NCBI GenBank assembly: GCA_014804365.1
Contig: JAAUZX010000045.1
Coordinates: 2,458-66,457, forward strand
Reading direction: 5' to 3'
DNA: 64,000 nucleotides
Origin: Lachnospiraceae bacterium
Lineage (GTDB): Bacteria; Bacillota; Clostridia; Lachnospirales; Lachnospiraceae
In this document: one piece after another, positions 38,216 to 49,288 of the stretch
How positions within the stretch are numbered: the first letter of the stretch is position 1
How the letters are laid out: each line of letters starts with the position of its first letter
Position numbers and translations under genes: made by a program
The notes under the pieces: model-generated
Told to the model about the DNA's origin: nothing
Databases searched by the model: none
Seen by the model: only the letters and a program-made list of their open reading frames with translations

Positions 38216-39675
38216 CGGATATGAGTGAGATCAGGGAAGAATTGAAGGAACCGAAGGTTGGAGCGGGACAGGAATCCGATGCGGGCAGAGAGACAGATGC
38301 AAGGCAGAAACGTGAGGTCTTCGAGAGTTATGAGGACTTCGGCAGAGAGGAGATACTCGAGCTTCTGCACAAGGGGCAGTATACCAGACTCAGACAGGTC
38401 GTTCAGGAATTAAACGATGCGGATATCGCAGATTATATAGAGGAGATGGACGAGGAAGAGATCGTGAAGATATTCCGAATCCTGCCTAAAGACATGGCGG
38501 CAAGCGTGTTCTCTTATCTGGAGATCGAACTGCAGCAGTCTGTCATTACGTCCCTTTCCGATAAGGATGCGGGCCACATCATTGATAACATGATGTCCGA
38601 TGATGCGAAGGAATTGATGGAGGAGATGCCTGCCAATGTGGTGAAAAGGCTGATTGCCAACACCAGTGCCGACACCCGCAAAGCAATCAATCACCTGATG
38701 CGCTATCCGGAGGATTCCGCCGGAAGCATCATGACCGTGGAGTATGTGGACTTAAAGGAAAATTATACTGTGCGTGAAGCCATCGAGCGGATTCGCAAGG
38801 TCGGGCTGGATAGTGAAACGATCAATATCTGCTATGTGCTGGATAACCAGAGGACGCTGGTGGGCACCGTAGCGCTTAGGTATCTGCTGCTCAGTGATGC
38901 GGATGCGGTGATCGGGGATATGATGCATCGGAATGTAATATCCCTGCATACCCTGATGGATCAGGAAGAAGTTGCCAGAATGTTCAAGAAATATGAATTT
39001 ACGGCAATGCCCGTGGTCGATAATGAGGACAGACTGGTGGGTATCATCACCGTGGATGATGTTGTGGATATTCTGGAAGAGGAGACCACAGAGGATATCG
39101 AGAAGATGGCGGCTGTGATGCCATCCGACAAGCCATATTTGAAGACTACTGTATTCGATGCTTATAAGAAAAGGATTCCGTGGCTGCTATTGTTGATGAT
39201 CTCAGCCACTTTTACCGGCAGTATCATCACTTCTTTTGAGAATGCCCTCAGCAGATATGTTGTCTTGACTGCATTTATACCGATGCTGATGGATACCGGC
39301 GGTAATGCGGGCGGACAGGCAAGCGCCATCATTATCCGTGGTCTGTCACTTGACGAGATCGAATTCGGTGACTGGTTTACGGTGGTATGGAAGGAAATCC
39401 GGACGGCAGCGCTGTGCGGCCTGACACTGGCGCTCTGTAATTTCGCAAGATTGCTTTTGTTTGATAAAGTAACCGTCGCGGTAGCATTCGTCGTCTGCTT
39501 CACGCTTCTGGTGGCGGTTATTGTGGCGAAGATCGTCGGTTCTACGCTGCCTATGCTGGCCAAGAGAATAGGAATGGACCCTGCAGTTATGGCGAGTCCG
39601 TTCATCACGACGATCGTGGATGCTATTTCACTGCTGATCTATTTCAGAGTGGCTACGATCGTGCTCGGATTATAG
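38212..39675 (+). CDS. mgtE: Magnesium transporter MgtE
   Basis: YPEDSAGSIMT, CBS pair, RIPWLL, GGNAGGQ, DPAVMASPFITTIVD. Confidence 0.95.
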   Translation: MTDMSEIREELKEPKVGAGQESDAGRETDARQKREVFESYEDFGREEILELLHKGQYTRLRQVVQELNDADIADYIEEMDEEEIVKIFRILPKDMAASVFSYLEIELQQSVITSLSDKDAGHIIDNMMSDDAKELMEEMPANVVKRLIANTSADTRKAINHLMRYPEDSAGSIMTVEYVDLKENYTVREAIERIRKVGLDSETINICYVLDNQRTLVGTVALRYLLLSDADAVIGDMMHRNVISLHTLMDQEEVARMFKKYEFTAMPVVDNEDRLVGIITVDDVVDILEEETTEDIEKMAAVMPSDKPYLKTTVFDAYKKRIPWLLLLMISATFTGSIITSFENALSRYVVLTAFIPMLMDTGGNAGGQASAIIIRGLSLDEIEFGDWFTVVWKEIRTAALCGLTLALCNFARLLLFDKVTVAVAFVVCFTLLVAVIVAKIVGSTLPMLAKRIGMDPAVMASPFITTIVDAISLLIYFRVATIVLGL

Positions 39676-39689
39676 GGAGATTAGATTTT

Positions 39690-40367
39690 ATGGCTGATTT
39701 CTTTACGGATTTACTGGACGGATTTTTGAATCCGTCCTTTTTAGAGAAGGTGCGTGATAAATTTCATTACGAAGAAACGCAGAGCAGGGAGCTTCAGGCG
39801 GTGGCAGAGCAGATGCTTCCTCTGATGCGCGAGGAAGCGTTCTGGGAGAGTAATATATCTTCTCTGCAAAAATCATCAGGAACGGAATATGAGGATGTCG
39901 TTATGTCTCTCGGGGCCGGAATAGATTCCCTGCAGGATCATTACAGCAGTCAGGGGATGCTGTCGAGAAGTTATATGCTGGAGGTGCTGGCAAGTGAGCT
40001 TCTGCTGCAGGGGTACGTCTCCTACAACCGTTACGTCGAAAAGAATACCGACTGGCATGTGGCAAGGTATCATTTCCTCGGCAGCGAGGATTCCTTCCCG
40101 CTTTCGATGATTCCCCGCCTGTTAGATATAACGGACGGCCGGATCACCTGCAATGAGGCTTACTGCATGTTACCCAAAAAGAGCGTGGCATTTGTGGCGG
40201 AGCTGACGCAGGATGAGAAAGTACGCTGTGAGGGAGTCTGTGTCGGATGTAATCGGAGACAGTGCCCGAACAGAGTTGCCGGAAATCATCCCGATCAGGG
40301 TATAATAGCGCGGATGGCGGATCTGCCTTTGACCTATGGGTACGGTCGGATTTTCGGGAAAATATAA
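39690..40367 (+). CDS. Stand-alone B12-dependent methionine synthase activation-domain-like protein
   Basis: Pattern SLG..ID..Y..G....Y.L, MLPKKSV and terminal C..C....C..R resembles clostridial MetH activation-domain proteins. Confidence 0.55.
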   Translation: MADFFTDLLDGFLNPSFLEKVRDKFHYEETQSRELQAVAEQMLPLMREEAFWESNISSLQKSSGTEYEDVVMSLGAGIDSLQDHYSSQGMLSRSYMLEVLASELLLQGYVSYNRYVEKNTDWHVARYHFLGSEDSFPLSMIPRLLDITDGRITCNEAYCMLPKKSVAFVAELTQDEKVRCEGVCVGCNRRQCPNRVAGNHPDQGIIARMADLPLTYGYGRIFGKI

Positions 40368-40399
40368 GAGTGGTTTGTGTTATAGTATAGACCGTGCTA

Positions 40400-40427
40400 T
40401 TGACATCAAATATAAATGTGATATACT
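40400..40427 (+). promoter_or_regulatory. sigma-A promoter of the cobalamin operon
   Basis: TTGACA-16 nt-TATACT with TG extension. Confidence 0.6.
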
Positions 40428-40445
40428 TTGATAAAATCGAATATG

Positions 40446-40630
40446 TAACATACAGGTGTCAAAACAGCGTAAGAAGTGCGTGAACGCTGGTTTTGGTGAA
40501 AAGGGAAACAGGTGCAAATCCTGTACGAACTCGTCACCGTAATTAGGGAGCAGAAGCCAATATGTCACTGGGAAACCGGGAAGGCGGCGGATGCGATGAT
40601 CTTTAAGCCGGGAGACCTGCCTGAATGTTG
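40446..40630 (+). promoter_or_regulatory. Cobalamin riboswitch
   Basis: AGGTG...AAAAGGGAA-CAGGTGCAAATCCTG..C.GTAA, CACTGGGAAACCGGGAAGGC, B12 box AGCCGGGAGACCTGCC; upstream of B12 genes. Confidence 0.95.
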
Positions 40631-40733
40631 TACGGAAACGTTTGTTTCAGACCACGAGTAACTGGTTGTACGTTTGAACTTGCAGAAGCGCAGTTGTTTA
40701 TGAAGTGCATTCTGTAGGTTTGTTTGCGTATAA

Positions 40734-40781
40734 ATCCTTTACCTGTTGTAGAGATCAGACACAATGGCGGAGGATTTTTTT
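40734..40781 (+). terminator. Probable riboswitch expression-platform terminator
   Basis: AAATCCTTT..TTGT...ACAA..GGAGGATTT followed by a T-run. Confidence 0.55.
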
Positions 40782-40873
40782 GTATGCTAAAAAATCGTTC
40801 CTTACACCTTTACATATTTGATTCAAACATCAAAATTATTGATGACTGAATAAGTCAATCAAAAGGAGGAGAC

Positions 40874-42877
40874 ATGAAGAAACGATTAACAGCAGTATTG
40901 ATGGCCGCGCTCATGGGCACATTGTGCGTGACCGGATGCGGAAACGATTCGGAACCGGCAGCGGCCCCGCAGGAAGAGGTTACGGAACAGCCGGAAGAGG
41001 AGGCAGAGGCACCGGAAACACCGGAGGCGGAGGATGAGACTGTCAGCGATCAGGAAGCTGCTGACGAAGTTGCGGCTTTGATCGATGCGATCTATGTGCA
41101 GCAGAGGACAGAGAATACGGATAAGCAGTGTGCCGAGGCTAAGGCTGCATGGGATGCACTGACAGATGCCCAGAAAGAACTGGTGGAAGGTGAAAATGCC
41201 GATCCGGATTATTTCGGCAGGGACACAGGAGATGCTTCCAAAGATGATCCCCGTAACCAGGATGACATCGGGGAGAATGAAATTCTGGTAGTCAGTTTCG
41301 GGACTTCCTTTAACGGAAGCCGCGTCGATGATATCAAAGGCATCGAAGATGCGATACAGGAGGCGAATCCGGACTGGGCTGTAAGACGGGCTTTTACGGC
41401 ACAGATCATTATCAATCACGTGCAGGCGCGCGACAATGAATTTATTGATAATATGGACCAGGCATTAGAACGTGCAGTGGCAAACGGCGTGAAAAATCTG
41501 GTGATACAGCCCACCCATCTGATGCATGGCGCAGAGTACGATGAGCTGATAGAGGCTGTGGAGGCATACAGGGATCAGTTTGATTCGGTCAAAGTTGCAG
41601 AGCCGCTTCTGGGTGAAGTCGGTACGGATGCGACAGTGATCAATGCCGACAAAGAAGCGGTGGCGAAGGCGCTTACACAGGCGGCAGTACAGGATGCGGG
41701 TTATGGCAGTCTGGAAGCAGCTAAGGAAGATGGTACGGCATATGTATTTCTGGGACACGGCACATCCCACACTGCGAAGGTGTCATACAGCCAGATGCAG
41801 TCACAGATGGGAGAGCTGGGCTACGATAACGTGTTTATCGGTACGGTAGAGGGCGAGCCGGAAGAAACCGCCTGCGAAGCGGTCATAGATGCGGTTGCAC
41901 AGGTCGGCTATAAGAAGGTGATCTTACGTCCGCTTATGGTCGTGGCAGGTGACCATGCCAATAATGATATGGCTGGCGAAGACGAGGATTCATGGATCAG
42001 CACGTTTAAGGCTTCCGGTAATTTTGACAGTGTGGATACACAGATCGTCGGCCTTGGCTCTATTGAAGCCATTAAGCAGATTTATGTGGAACATACCGCG
42101 GCAGCTTTAGAAACAAATAGTGAAGCAAACTCCGATCAGGCAGCAGAGCTGCCTGACGGAATATACACGGCAGACTTTAAAACAGACAGCAGTATGTTTC
42201 GTGTAAGCGAAGCCTGTGATGGCAAGGGCACATTGACGGTCCGAAACGGTGAGATGACGATCCATATTTCACTCGGCTCCAAAAAAATCGTAAATCTTTA
42301 TCCCGGACTTGCAGAAGAGGCCGGGAAAGAAGGTGCGCAGCTTCTTATGCCGACAGAAGATACGGTTACATACAGCGACGGCATGACGGAGGAGGTTTAT
42401 GGATTTGACGTGCCTGTTCCGGCATTGGATACGGAATTTGATCTGGCGCTGATCGGGACGAAGGAGAAGTGGTATGACCATAAGGTCAGCGTTTCAGATC
42501 CGGTGCCGGCAGGGAAGGAAGCACAGGCAGACGGTGGGACAGGGACAGAGGACACCGCTGCTTTGCAGGACGGTACTTACAGTATGGAGATCACCTTTGA
42601 GGGCGGCAGCGGTAAAGCGCAGATCTTATCCCCCGTTACGGTCACGGTAACAGGCCAAAAGGCCACGGCGACAGTGCAGTGGAATAGTCCGAACTATGAT
42701 TATATGCTGGTGGACGGCGATAAATATCTGCCGGTCAATACAACGGGAGATTCCGTTTTCGAGATACCCGTCAAGAGTTTTGATGAACCGATGGCAGTTA
42801 TCGGCGATACCGTTGCGATGAGTAAGCCGCATGAGGTGGAGTATACGCTGACATTTCATTCGGATAAGGTGAAATAA
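40874..42877 (+). CDS. cbiK: Lipoprotein-anchored sirohydrochlorin cobaltochelatase (CbiK) with two extra C-terminal domains
   Basis: Lipobox VTGC; VVSFGTS, FLGHGT, PLMVVAGDHANND CbiK motifs; two related DG.Y-initiated C-terminal domains. Confidence 0.85.
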   Translation: MKKRLTAVLMAALMGTLCVTGCGNDSEPAAAPQEEVTEQPEEEAEAPETPEAEDETVSDQEAADEVAALIDAIYVQQRTENTDKQCAEAKAAWDALTDAQKELVEGENADPDYFGRDTGDASKDDPRNQDDIGENEILVVSFGTSFNGSRVDDIKGIEDAIQEANPDWAVRRAFTAQIIINHVQARDNEFIDNMDQALERAVANGVKNLVIQPTHLMHGAEYDELIEAVEAYRDQFDSVKVAEPLLGEVGTDATVINADKEAVAKALTQAAVQDAGYGSLEAAKEDGTAYVFLGHGTSHTAKVSYSQMQSQMGELGYDNVFIGTVEGEPEETACEAVIDAVAQVGYKKVILRPLMVVAGDHANNDMAGEDEDSWISTFKASGNFDSVDTQIVGLGSIEAIKQIYVEHTAAALETNSEANSDQAAELPDGIYTADFKTDSSMFRVSEACDGKGTLTVRNGEMTIHISLGSKKIVNLYPGLAEEAGKEGAQLLMPTEDTVTYSDGMTEEVYGFDVPVPALDTEFDLALIGTKEKWYDHKVSVSDPVPAGKEAQADGGTGTEDTAALQDGTYSMEITFEGGSGKAQILSPVTVTVTGQKATATVQWNSPNYDYMLVDGDKYLPVNTTGDSVFEIPVKSFDEPMAVIGDTVAMSKPHEVEYTLTFHSDKVK

Positions 42878-42939
42878 TACTCAGCCGTGCAGCAAGCATA
42901 CAGAATAAAGGCCAACGATCACGGATAGGTGGGAACAGG

Positions 42940-44148
42940 ATGAAAAAGAGAAATAGACGTGTCATGATATGGCCGATTTTCATAGGGCTGTTGATTTTAT
43001 ATGGCTGTGGCACTCCGTCTTCCAGTTATAAGCCGGAACCGGAGACGCAGGCGGAGACAGAAGCAGATTCCGCGGACGGGGCGGAATCCAATCTGATCCA
43101 TGATCACAGCATGGAACTTGAGTACGCCGAGAACTTCACGGTAGATTACTATGAAGGCGGATATACTTTGCTTACGACAACCATGGACGGTGCGCGGTTT
43201 TTGATCGTGCCGGAAGGTAAGGAGATACCGGAGAACTTAAATATAGGGGGTCGGGAAGAAGCAGATAAAGACGTGGTAGTGCTGAAACGTCCGATCAAGG
43301 ATATATATCTGGTGGCATCTTCGGCAATGGATATGTTCGATGCATTGAACGGTCTGGATGCGATCACTTTTTCGGGACAAAAGGCAGACGGCTGGTACAT
43401 AGAAGCGGCAAGAGAAGCAATGGAAAAAGGCGATCTTCTCTATGCGGGCAAATACAACAAACCGGACTATGAGCTGATCGTCTCAGGGAACTGTTCCCTT
43501 GCCATAGAAAATATGATGATCTCCCACGCTCCTGAGGTAGTGGAGAAGCTGGAGGATTTCGGAATCCCTGCCATGATCGAGTATTCCAGTTATGAGGCTC
43601 ACCCCTTAGGCAGAGTGGAGTGGGTGAAATTCTACGGTGCGCTTCTCGGAAAGGAAGAGGAAGCGGAGAGGATATTTAATGCACAGGCGGCGGTTCTTAA
43701 TAAGGTGAGCGGTGCTGACCGGTCTGATCAAACGGTAGCTTTCTTTTTTATTACGTCAAATGGGCTGGTACAGGTGCGGCAGTCCTCCGACTATGTCCCG
43801 AAAATGATAGAGATTGCGGGCGGAAAATATGTTTTTGAGAACTTAGGCGATCCTGAGACAAGGCGTTCTACCGTGAATATGCAGGTGGAGGAGTTTTATG
43901 CCGGCGCAAAAGATGCGGATTACCTAATCTATAACAGTTCCATCGACGGCGGGGTTGCAAGTGTGGAAGCACTTCTGGATAAATGTGAAGCCTTGGCGGA
44001 TTTTAAGGCCGTGAAAGCAGGAAATGTCTGGTGTACAACAAACGATATGTATCAGCAGTCTCTCTCCATCGGGTATCTGATTGAGGATATCCATGGGATG
44101 ATACGAGGAGAGACCGAGGATATGCATTATCTCTTTCACTTGGAATAG
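42940..44148 (+). CDS. Cobalamin/iron-chelate ABC transporter substrate-binding lipoprotein (BtuF-like)
   Basis: Lipobox LYGC; YAENFTV, PDYELI, EAHPLGRVEWVK. Confidence 0.85.
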   Translation: MKKRNRRVMIWPIFIGLLILYGCGTPSSSYKPEPETQAETEADSADGAESNLIHDHSMELEYAENFTVDYYEGGYTLLTTTMDGARFLIVPEGKEIPENLNIGGREEADKDVVVLKRPIKDIYLVASSAMDMFDALNGLDAITFSGQKADGWYIEAAREAMEKGDLLYAGKYNKPDYELIVSGNCSLAIENMMISHAPEVVEKLEDFGIPAMIEYSSYEAHPLGRVEWVKFYGALLGKEEEAERIFNAQAAVLNKVSGADRSDQTVAFFFITSNGLVQVRQSSDYVPKMIEIAGGKYVFENLGDPETRRSTVNMQVEEFYAGAKDADYLIYNSSIDGGVASVEALLDKCEALADFKAVKAGNVWCTTNDMYQQSLSIGYLIEDIHGMIRGETEDMHYLFHLE

Positions 44149-44201
44149 AGACAGGATGCATACGCCCGAAGCATCACTAAGAGAAAGGCAGCGTAATTTA
44201 T

Positions 44202-45221
44202 ATGCGTGAAAACAGGAAATACAGATATATTGCAGCCTTTATTTTACTTATCCTCTGTACCGTGTTCTTTTTTATCCTGAATGTATGTATCGGGAGTGTC
44301 ACAATTGCGCTGTCGGATATCGTAAGGACACTCACCGGCAGAGTGAGCAACGAGACATTTACGAGGATTTTGTGGGATATCCGGCTTCCGAGGGCGGTGG
44401 CTGTTCTGATTCTCGGCGGGGCGCTTGCGCTTGCGGGATATCTTTTGCAGACTTTTTTCGGTAATCCGATTGCGGGACCGTTTGTGCTCGGAATCTCTTC
44501 GGGGGCTAAAATGGTGGTGGCGCTTATGATGGTCTTCCTTATGGGGCGGTCAGTCAGGGTGACATCGGCGGATATGATCCTTGGGGCGTTTATCGGGGCG
44601 ATGGTGTCCATGGGATTCGTGCTTTTGATGTCGCGCAGGGTAAACAGCATGTCAATGTTAGTCGTCAGCGGCGTCATGATCGGCTACATCTGTTCGGCAA
44701 TTACGGAACTGGTCGTAACTTTTGCAAATGACGCGGATATTGTAAATCTGCACAACTGGTCGAGGGGGAGCTTTTCCGGGATGACGTGGGAGAATGTTAG
44801 GGTTATGTCGGTGGTGGTAGTTGTAGTATTTATCGCGGTGTTTCTGATGTCAAAACCACTCGGCGCCTATCAGATGGGAGACGCATATGCGCGGAATGTG
44901 GGAGTGAACCTTAGGCTTTTGCGGGTGTGCATCGTGATTTTTTCCAGTATTTTATCGGCCTGTATCGTGGCGTTTGCAGGGCCGATCTCCTTTGTCGGTA
45001 TTGCGGTGCCGCATTTGGTCAAGAAGCTCCTTAACTCGACGGAACCGATTCGGATGATACCTGCCTGCTTCCTGGGCGGAAGTGTTTTCTGTCTGTTTTG
45101 TGATTTGCTGGCAAGGATGATGCTTGCGCCGACAGAACTGAGTATCAGCACGGTGACGGCTGTTTTCGGGGCACCGGTAGTGCTTTGGATCATAACGAAG
45201 CGTAAGAAAACTCATGTGTAG
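44202..45221 (+). CDS. FecCD/BtuC family ABC permease
   Basis: IRLPRA, NPIAGPFVLGISSGA, GPISFVGIAVPH. Confidence 0.92.
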   Translation: MRENRKYRYIAAFILLILCTVFFFILNVCIGSVTIALSDIVRTLTGRVSNETFTRILWDIRLPRAVAVLILGGALALAGYLLQTFFGNPIAGPFVLGISSGAKMVVALMMVFLMGRSVRVTSADMILGAFIGAMVSMGFVLLMSRRVNSMSMLVVSGVMIGYICSAITELVVTFANDADIVNLHNWSRGSFSGMTWENVRVMSVVVVVVFIAVFLMSKPLGAYQMGDAYARNVGVNLRLLRVCIVIFSSILSACIVAFAGPISFVGIAVPHLVKKLLNSTEPIRMIPACFLGGSVFCLFCDLLARMMLAPTELSISTVTAVFGAPVVLWIITKRKKTHV

Positions 45222-45234
45222 ACGGGATGAGAAC

Positions 45235-46023
45235 ATGACAAATTACTATTTTTCTACGAAAAAGATGTGTGTGGGGCATGATAATAAGCCGCTGATACGG
45301 GAAATGGAGATTGAATTGCAAAAAGGGGAGATCCTAAGTCTGATCGGACCTAACGGAGCAGGGAAATCTACGGTCCTAAAGAGCATTGCGGGACAGCTTA
45401 AGCTGATCGGAGGAACGGTATACATCGGGGGCGGTGTTTTATCCGGGATGAAAGCGGATGAACTGGCCAGGAAAATGTCCGTGGTATTTACGGAGAAGAT
45501 CAAGGCGGAAATGAAAAGCTGTCGGGATGTGGTGGCGACAGGGCGGTATCCTTATACCGGATGGTTCGGAATATTGTCAGGAGAGGATGAACGGATCGTC
45601 GATGATGTGATGGAGCTTACCCATGTCGCGGATATAGGAGAACAGGATTTTAACAGAATAAGCGACGGGCAGAAGCAGAGGGTAATGCTGGCGCGGGCAA
45701 TCTGCCAGGAGCCGGAGATCGTGATATTGGATGAACCTACTTCTTATCTGGACGTCAAATACAAACTGGAATTTCTATCCATATTGCAGGAAATGCGGGA
45801 TAAGAAAGGGCTTACCGTTATCATGTCGCTGCATGAACTGGAACTCGCAAGGATCGTTTCCGATAAGATCCTTTGTCTGAAAGGGGAATATACGGAGCGG
45901 TTCGGTACGCCGGAGGAAGTATTCGAATCGGATTTTATAGAGCGGCTGTTTGATATTAGGGAAGAGGAATTTGCGGCAAACGGGAAGCTGCTTGCGTATA
46001 TCAGGCAGATCGGGAAAATTTAG
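45235..46023 (+). CDS. BtuD/FecE family ABC ATPase
   Basis: GPNGAGKS, ISDGQKQR, ILDEPT, SLH. Confidence 0.92.
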   Translation: MTNYYFSTKKMCVGHDNKPLIREMEIELQKGEILSLIGPNGAGKSTVLKSIAGQLKLIGGTVYIGGGVLSGMKADELARKMSVVFTEKIKAEMKSCRDVVATGRYPYTGWFGILSGEDERIVDDVMELTHVADIGEQDFNRISDGQKQRVMLARAICQEPEIVILDEPTSYLDVKYKLEFLSILQEMRDKKGLTVIMSLHELELARIVSDKILCLKGEYTERFGTPEEVFESDFIERLFDIREEEFAANGKLLAYIRQIGKI

Positions 46024-46038
46024 AATGGAGTAAATTGT

Positions 46039-47520
46039 ATGGCAAAAGTTATTATGGTGCAGGGAACCATGTCCGGCGCGGGGAAAAGTCTTCTTGTGGC
46101 GGGATTGTGCAGGATCATGAGACGGGACGGCTATCGGACGGCGCCCTTTAAATCACAGAATATGGCGCTTAACTCTTTTATTACGGAAGAGGGACTGGAA
46201 ATGGGGAGAGCGCAGGTCATGCAGGCGGAGGCGGCAGGGATCAGGCCGGCAGTCTGTATGAATCCGATTCTGTTAAAGCCGACGGATCATATCGGTTCGC
46301 AGGTGATCGTTAATGGGCGTGTGATCGGGAACATGAGTGCGAGAGAATACTTTTCTTATAAGAAGAAACTGATTCCCGATATCAGGAATGCATTCCGCAA
46401 GCTGGAGGAATCGGCGGATATCATTGTCATTGAAGGAGCGGGTAGCCCGGCGGAGATCAATCTGCGGGAAAATGATATCGTCAATATGGGCATGGCGGAT
46501 ATGGTGGACGCACCGGTGCTTCTCGTGGGTGATATCGACAGGGGCGGCGTATTTGCACAGCTTCTGGGGACATTGATGCTGCTTTCGGAGGAGGAAAAGA
46601 AAAGGGTAAAGGGGATTGTCATCAATAAGTTCAGGGGTGACAAGACTTTGCTTGATTCGGGGATTGAGATATTGGAGGCAAAAGGCGGCATTCCGGTAAG
46701 CGGCGTTATTCCGTATATGGATATCGCGTTGGAAGATGAAGACAGCCTGACAGCGCGTTTCGACAGAAGTGAGAGGGGTATCATTGACATAGCGGTCATT
46801 CGTTATCCGAGGATATCCAATTTCACGGATTTTAATATATTCGAGCAGATACCGGGAGTGTCTGTACGTTACGTGGATTCGGTGATGAAGCTGGGTACTC
46901 CGGACATGATCTTCTTGCCCGGCAGCAAGAATACGATGAGTGATCTGCAATGGATGCGCGGGATCGGATTGGAGAGAGCCGTTATGAAAATGGCGGGAAA
47001 GATTCCGATCTGCGGTATATGCGGCGGCTACCAGATGTTAGGCAGACAGATTTCCGATCCTGAGGGAGTGGAGTCCGGCGGCACGGTAGACGGAATGGGA
47101 CTGCTTCCCGTTACAACGCAGCTGCAGGATGAAAAGGTACGGCGGCAGGTGCAGGGTACAATCGACAGGACAGAGGGGATATTCTCTGTGCTTTCGGGAC
47201 TTAGCTTTGAAGGATATGAGATCCATATGGGGAGAACTACGCAGACAGGCGGGGAGCAGGTTTTCTGCTGCGGAGGAAATGATGTGTACGGCACCTATAT
47301 CCATGGCATATTTGATAAAGGTGAGACGGCATCGGCACTGGTCAAGGCGCTGGCAAAGAATAAGGGTGTTGATGTAAAGGGCACCAGCTGTATGGAGAAT
47401 GCAGTGTGTACGGATTACAGGACTTTTAAGGAACAACAGTACGATAAACTGGCGGATATTATGTCTGCATATCTGAACATGGAGGAAATATATGGAATGC
47501 TTCGGGAAGCATGTCTGTGA
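46039..47520 (+). CDS. cbiP: Cobyric acid synthase (CbiP/CobQ)
   Basis: [47 protein letters not shown]. Confidence 0.95.
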   Translation: MAKVIMVQGTMSGAGKSLLVAGLCRIMRRDGYRTAPFKSQNMALNSFITEEGLEMGRAQVMQAEAAGIRPAVCMNPILLKPTDHIGSQVIVNGRVIGNMSAREYFSYKKKLIPDIRNAFRKLEESADIIVIEGAGSPAEINLRENDIVNMGMADMVDAPVLLVGDIDRGGVFAQLLGTLMLLSEEEKKRVKGIVINKFRGDKTLLDSGIEILEAKGGIPVSGVIPYMDIALEDEDSLTARFDRSERGIIDIAVIRYPRISNFTDFNIFEQIPGVSVRYVDSVMKLGTPDMIFLPGSKNTMSDLQWMRGIGLERAVMKMAGKIPICGICGGYQMLGRQISDPEGVESGGTVDGMGLLPVTTQLQDEKVRRQVQGTIDRTEGIFSVLSGLSFEGYEIHMGRTTQTGGEQVFCCGGNDVYGTYIHGIFDKGETASALVKALAKNKGVDVKGTSCMENAVCTDYRTFKEQQYDKLADIMSAYLNMEEIYGMLREACL

Positions 47521-48628
47521 CGGAGATGAGAGAAGGACTTATGACAATGGAAGCAAAAGCCGTTGCAGGAGAGAATTATTGTCAGAATATACGATAGATA
47601 CGCCCGATGAGAAAATCTATGGCAAGGTGTTGCAGAACTGGGATGGGATTGCGAAACCCCTTGACGGAATGGGAAGATTTGAAACCATCACCGCGAGGAT
47701 CGGTGCGATTATTGGAACGGATGAGATTGATCTGACAAAAAAAGCGATCATTATCATGTGTGCGGATAACGGAATCGTAGAAGAGGGAATCAGCCAGTCG
47801 GGGCAGGAGGTTACTGCGGCGGTGGCAAGGCAGATGGGGAAAGGCCTGTCCTGTGTGGGAAGAATGGCGGTTTCTATCGGTGCAGACACGATTCCCATAG
47901 ATATCGGCATGAATCATCAAGCTCCCATTCAGGGAGTACTTGACCGGAAAATCCGCTGTGGGACAAGGAATTTCAGGAAAGAGCCCGCCATGACCGAGGA
48001 GGAGACGGTTGGGGCCATTATGACGGGGATAGAGGCGGTGGCAGTCTGTAGAGATGAAGGATACCGCATTCTTGCCACAGGGGAGATGGGAATCGGCAAT
48101 ACGACCACAAGCAGCGCGGTGGCAGCAGCGTTACTACAATGCGATGCGGACACCGTAACCGGGAGAGGCGCAGGACTTAGTGATGAGAAGCTTGTGCATA
48201 AGCGGCAGATCATTGCAGATGCCATCGAAAAATATGAGCTTGCCGGAGCAGATCCTTTCCGGATTCTGATGACGGTAGGGGGATTGGATATTGCGGGACT
48301 TGCAGGGGTATGCATCGGTGGCGCGCTTTATCATATCCCCGTTGTGCTGGACGGCGTGATCAGCATGACGGCGGCGCTTCTTGCCGATCGGATCGTGCCG
48401 GGGACGGCAAAGTATCTGATCGCCTCTCATAAGGGCAAAGATCCGGCGGTCGAAGTGCTTATGAAGGAGTTAGGTGCAGAGCCTGTCATAGACGGGAAGA
48501 TGGCATTGGGAGAGGGCACGGGAGCAGTCATGATGATGGCGCTTATAGATATGGCGTTGTGTATCTATCACGGAAGGACTTTGTTTTCGGATATCCGGGT
48601 GGAGCAGTATGAGAGGTATTTCGGATGA
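47492..48628 (+). CDS. cobT: Nicotinate-nucleotide--dimethylbenzimidazole phosphoribosyltransferase (start uncertain)
   Basis: [32 protein letters not shown]. Confidence 0.92.
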   Translation: MECFGKHVCDGDERRTYDNGSKSRCRRELLSEYTIDTPDEKIYGKVLQNWDGIAKPLDGMGRFETITARIGAIIGTDEIDLTKKAIIIMCADNGIVEEGISQSGQEVTAAVARQMGKGLSCVGRMAVSIGADTIPIDIGMNHQAPIQGVLDRKIRCGTRNFRKEPAMTEEETVGAIMTGIEAVAVCRDEGYRILATGEMGIGNTTTSSAVAAALLQCDADTVTGRGAGLSDEKLVHKRQIIADAIEKYELAGADPFRILMTVGGLDIAGLAGVCIGGALYHIPVVLDGVISMTAALLADRIVPGTAKYLIASHKGKDPAVEVLMKELGAEPVIDGKMALGEGTGAVMMMALIDMALCIYHGRTLFSDIRVEQYERYFG

Positions 48629-49212
48629 TGGTTTTGGTGATCGGAGGGAGCGGGAGCGGGAAGTCTGCGTATGCGGAGAAAGCGGCGGATTCCTTTTTTA
48701 AAGAAAATAATGTGGAGGCTCGGTCTGCTTTGCGAAGCGACATGACGGGAAGTATGAAAAAATATTATCTCGCGACCATGCAGATCCTTGATGAAGAGGG
48801 ACGTAAGAAGGTCGAAAGACACAGAAGGTTAAGAGACGGAAAAGGATTTGTTACGATAGAGCAGCCCACGGATATCTGCAGGGCGCTTGATCGGATGGAA
48901 ACAGGAGAGAGAACTGTGCTCCTGGAGTGTATTTCCAATCTTGCGGCAAATGAGATGTTCTCTGGAGAAGAAGCCGTGGCGGAGAAGGAAGTTGTTGACA
49001 AGATCATAAGTGAAATTGAAGTATTGCAAAGAGGGACAACACATTTTGTTGTAGTGAGCAACAATGTGTTTGAGGACGGAATCAATTATGAGGAAGCTAC
49101 TATGGCATATATTCGAGTTATGGGAGCCGTGAATCGGGAACTTGCCACGATGGCGGATCGGGTTGTGGAAGTGGTGGCAGGAATTCCGATTATGATAAAA
49201 GAGCAGGATTAG
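48625..49212 (+). CDS. cobU: Adenosylcobinamide kinase/guanylyltransferase
   Basis: GGSGSGKSAYAE, YLAT, RHR..R, TIEQP, VVAGIP. Confidence 0.9.
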   Translation: MMVLVIGGSGSGKSAYAEKAADSFFKENNVEARSALRSDMTGSMKKYYLATMQILDEEGRKKVERHRRLRDGKGFVTIEQPTDICRALDRMETGERTVLLECISNLAANEMFSGEEAVAEKEVVDKIISEIEVLQRGTTHFVVVSNNVFEDGINYEEATMAYIRVMGAVNRELATMADRVVEVVAGIPIMIKEQD

Positions 49213-49288
49213 GAAAAGGCCGAGGTTGAAAGAAAAGCGTTTTCAACTATTGGTTTGAGTCAGATAAAGGAAACGGATGGGCTAAAAA

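Noticed and set aside
47541-47597. RBS plus ATG out of frame with cobT, suggesting a frameshift
   Set aside because: An in-frame ATG at 47492 has a GGAGG RBS and an in-frame TTG near 47579 is also available; the cobT frame is uninterrupted
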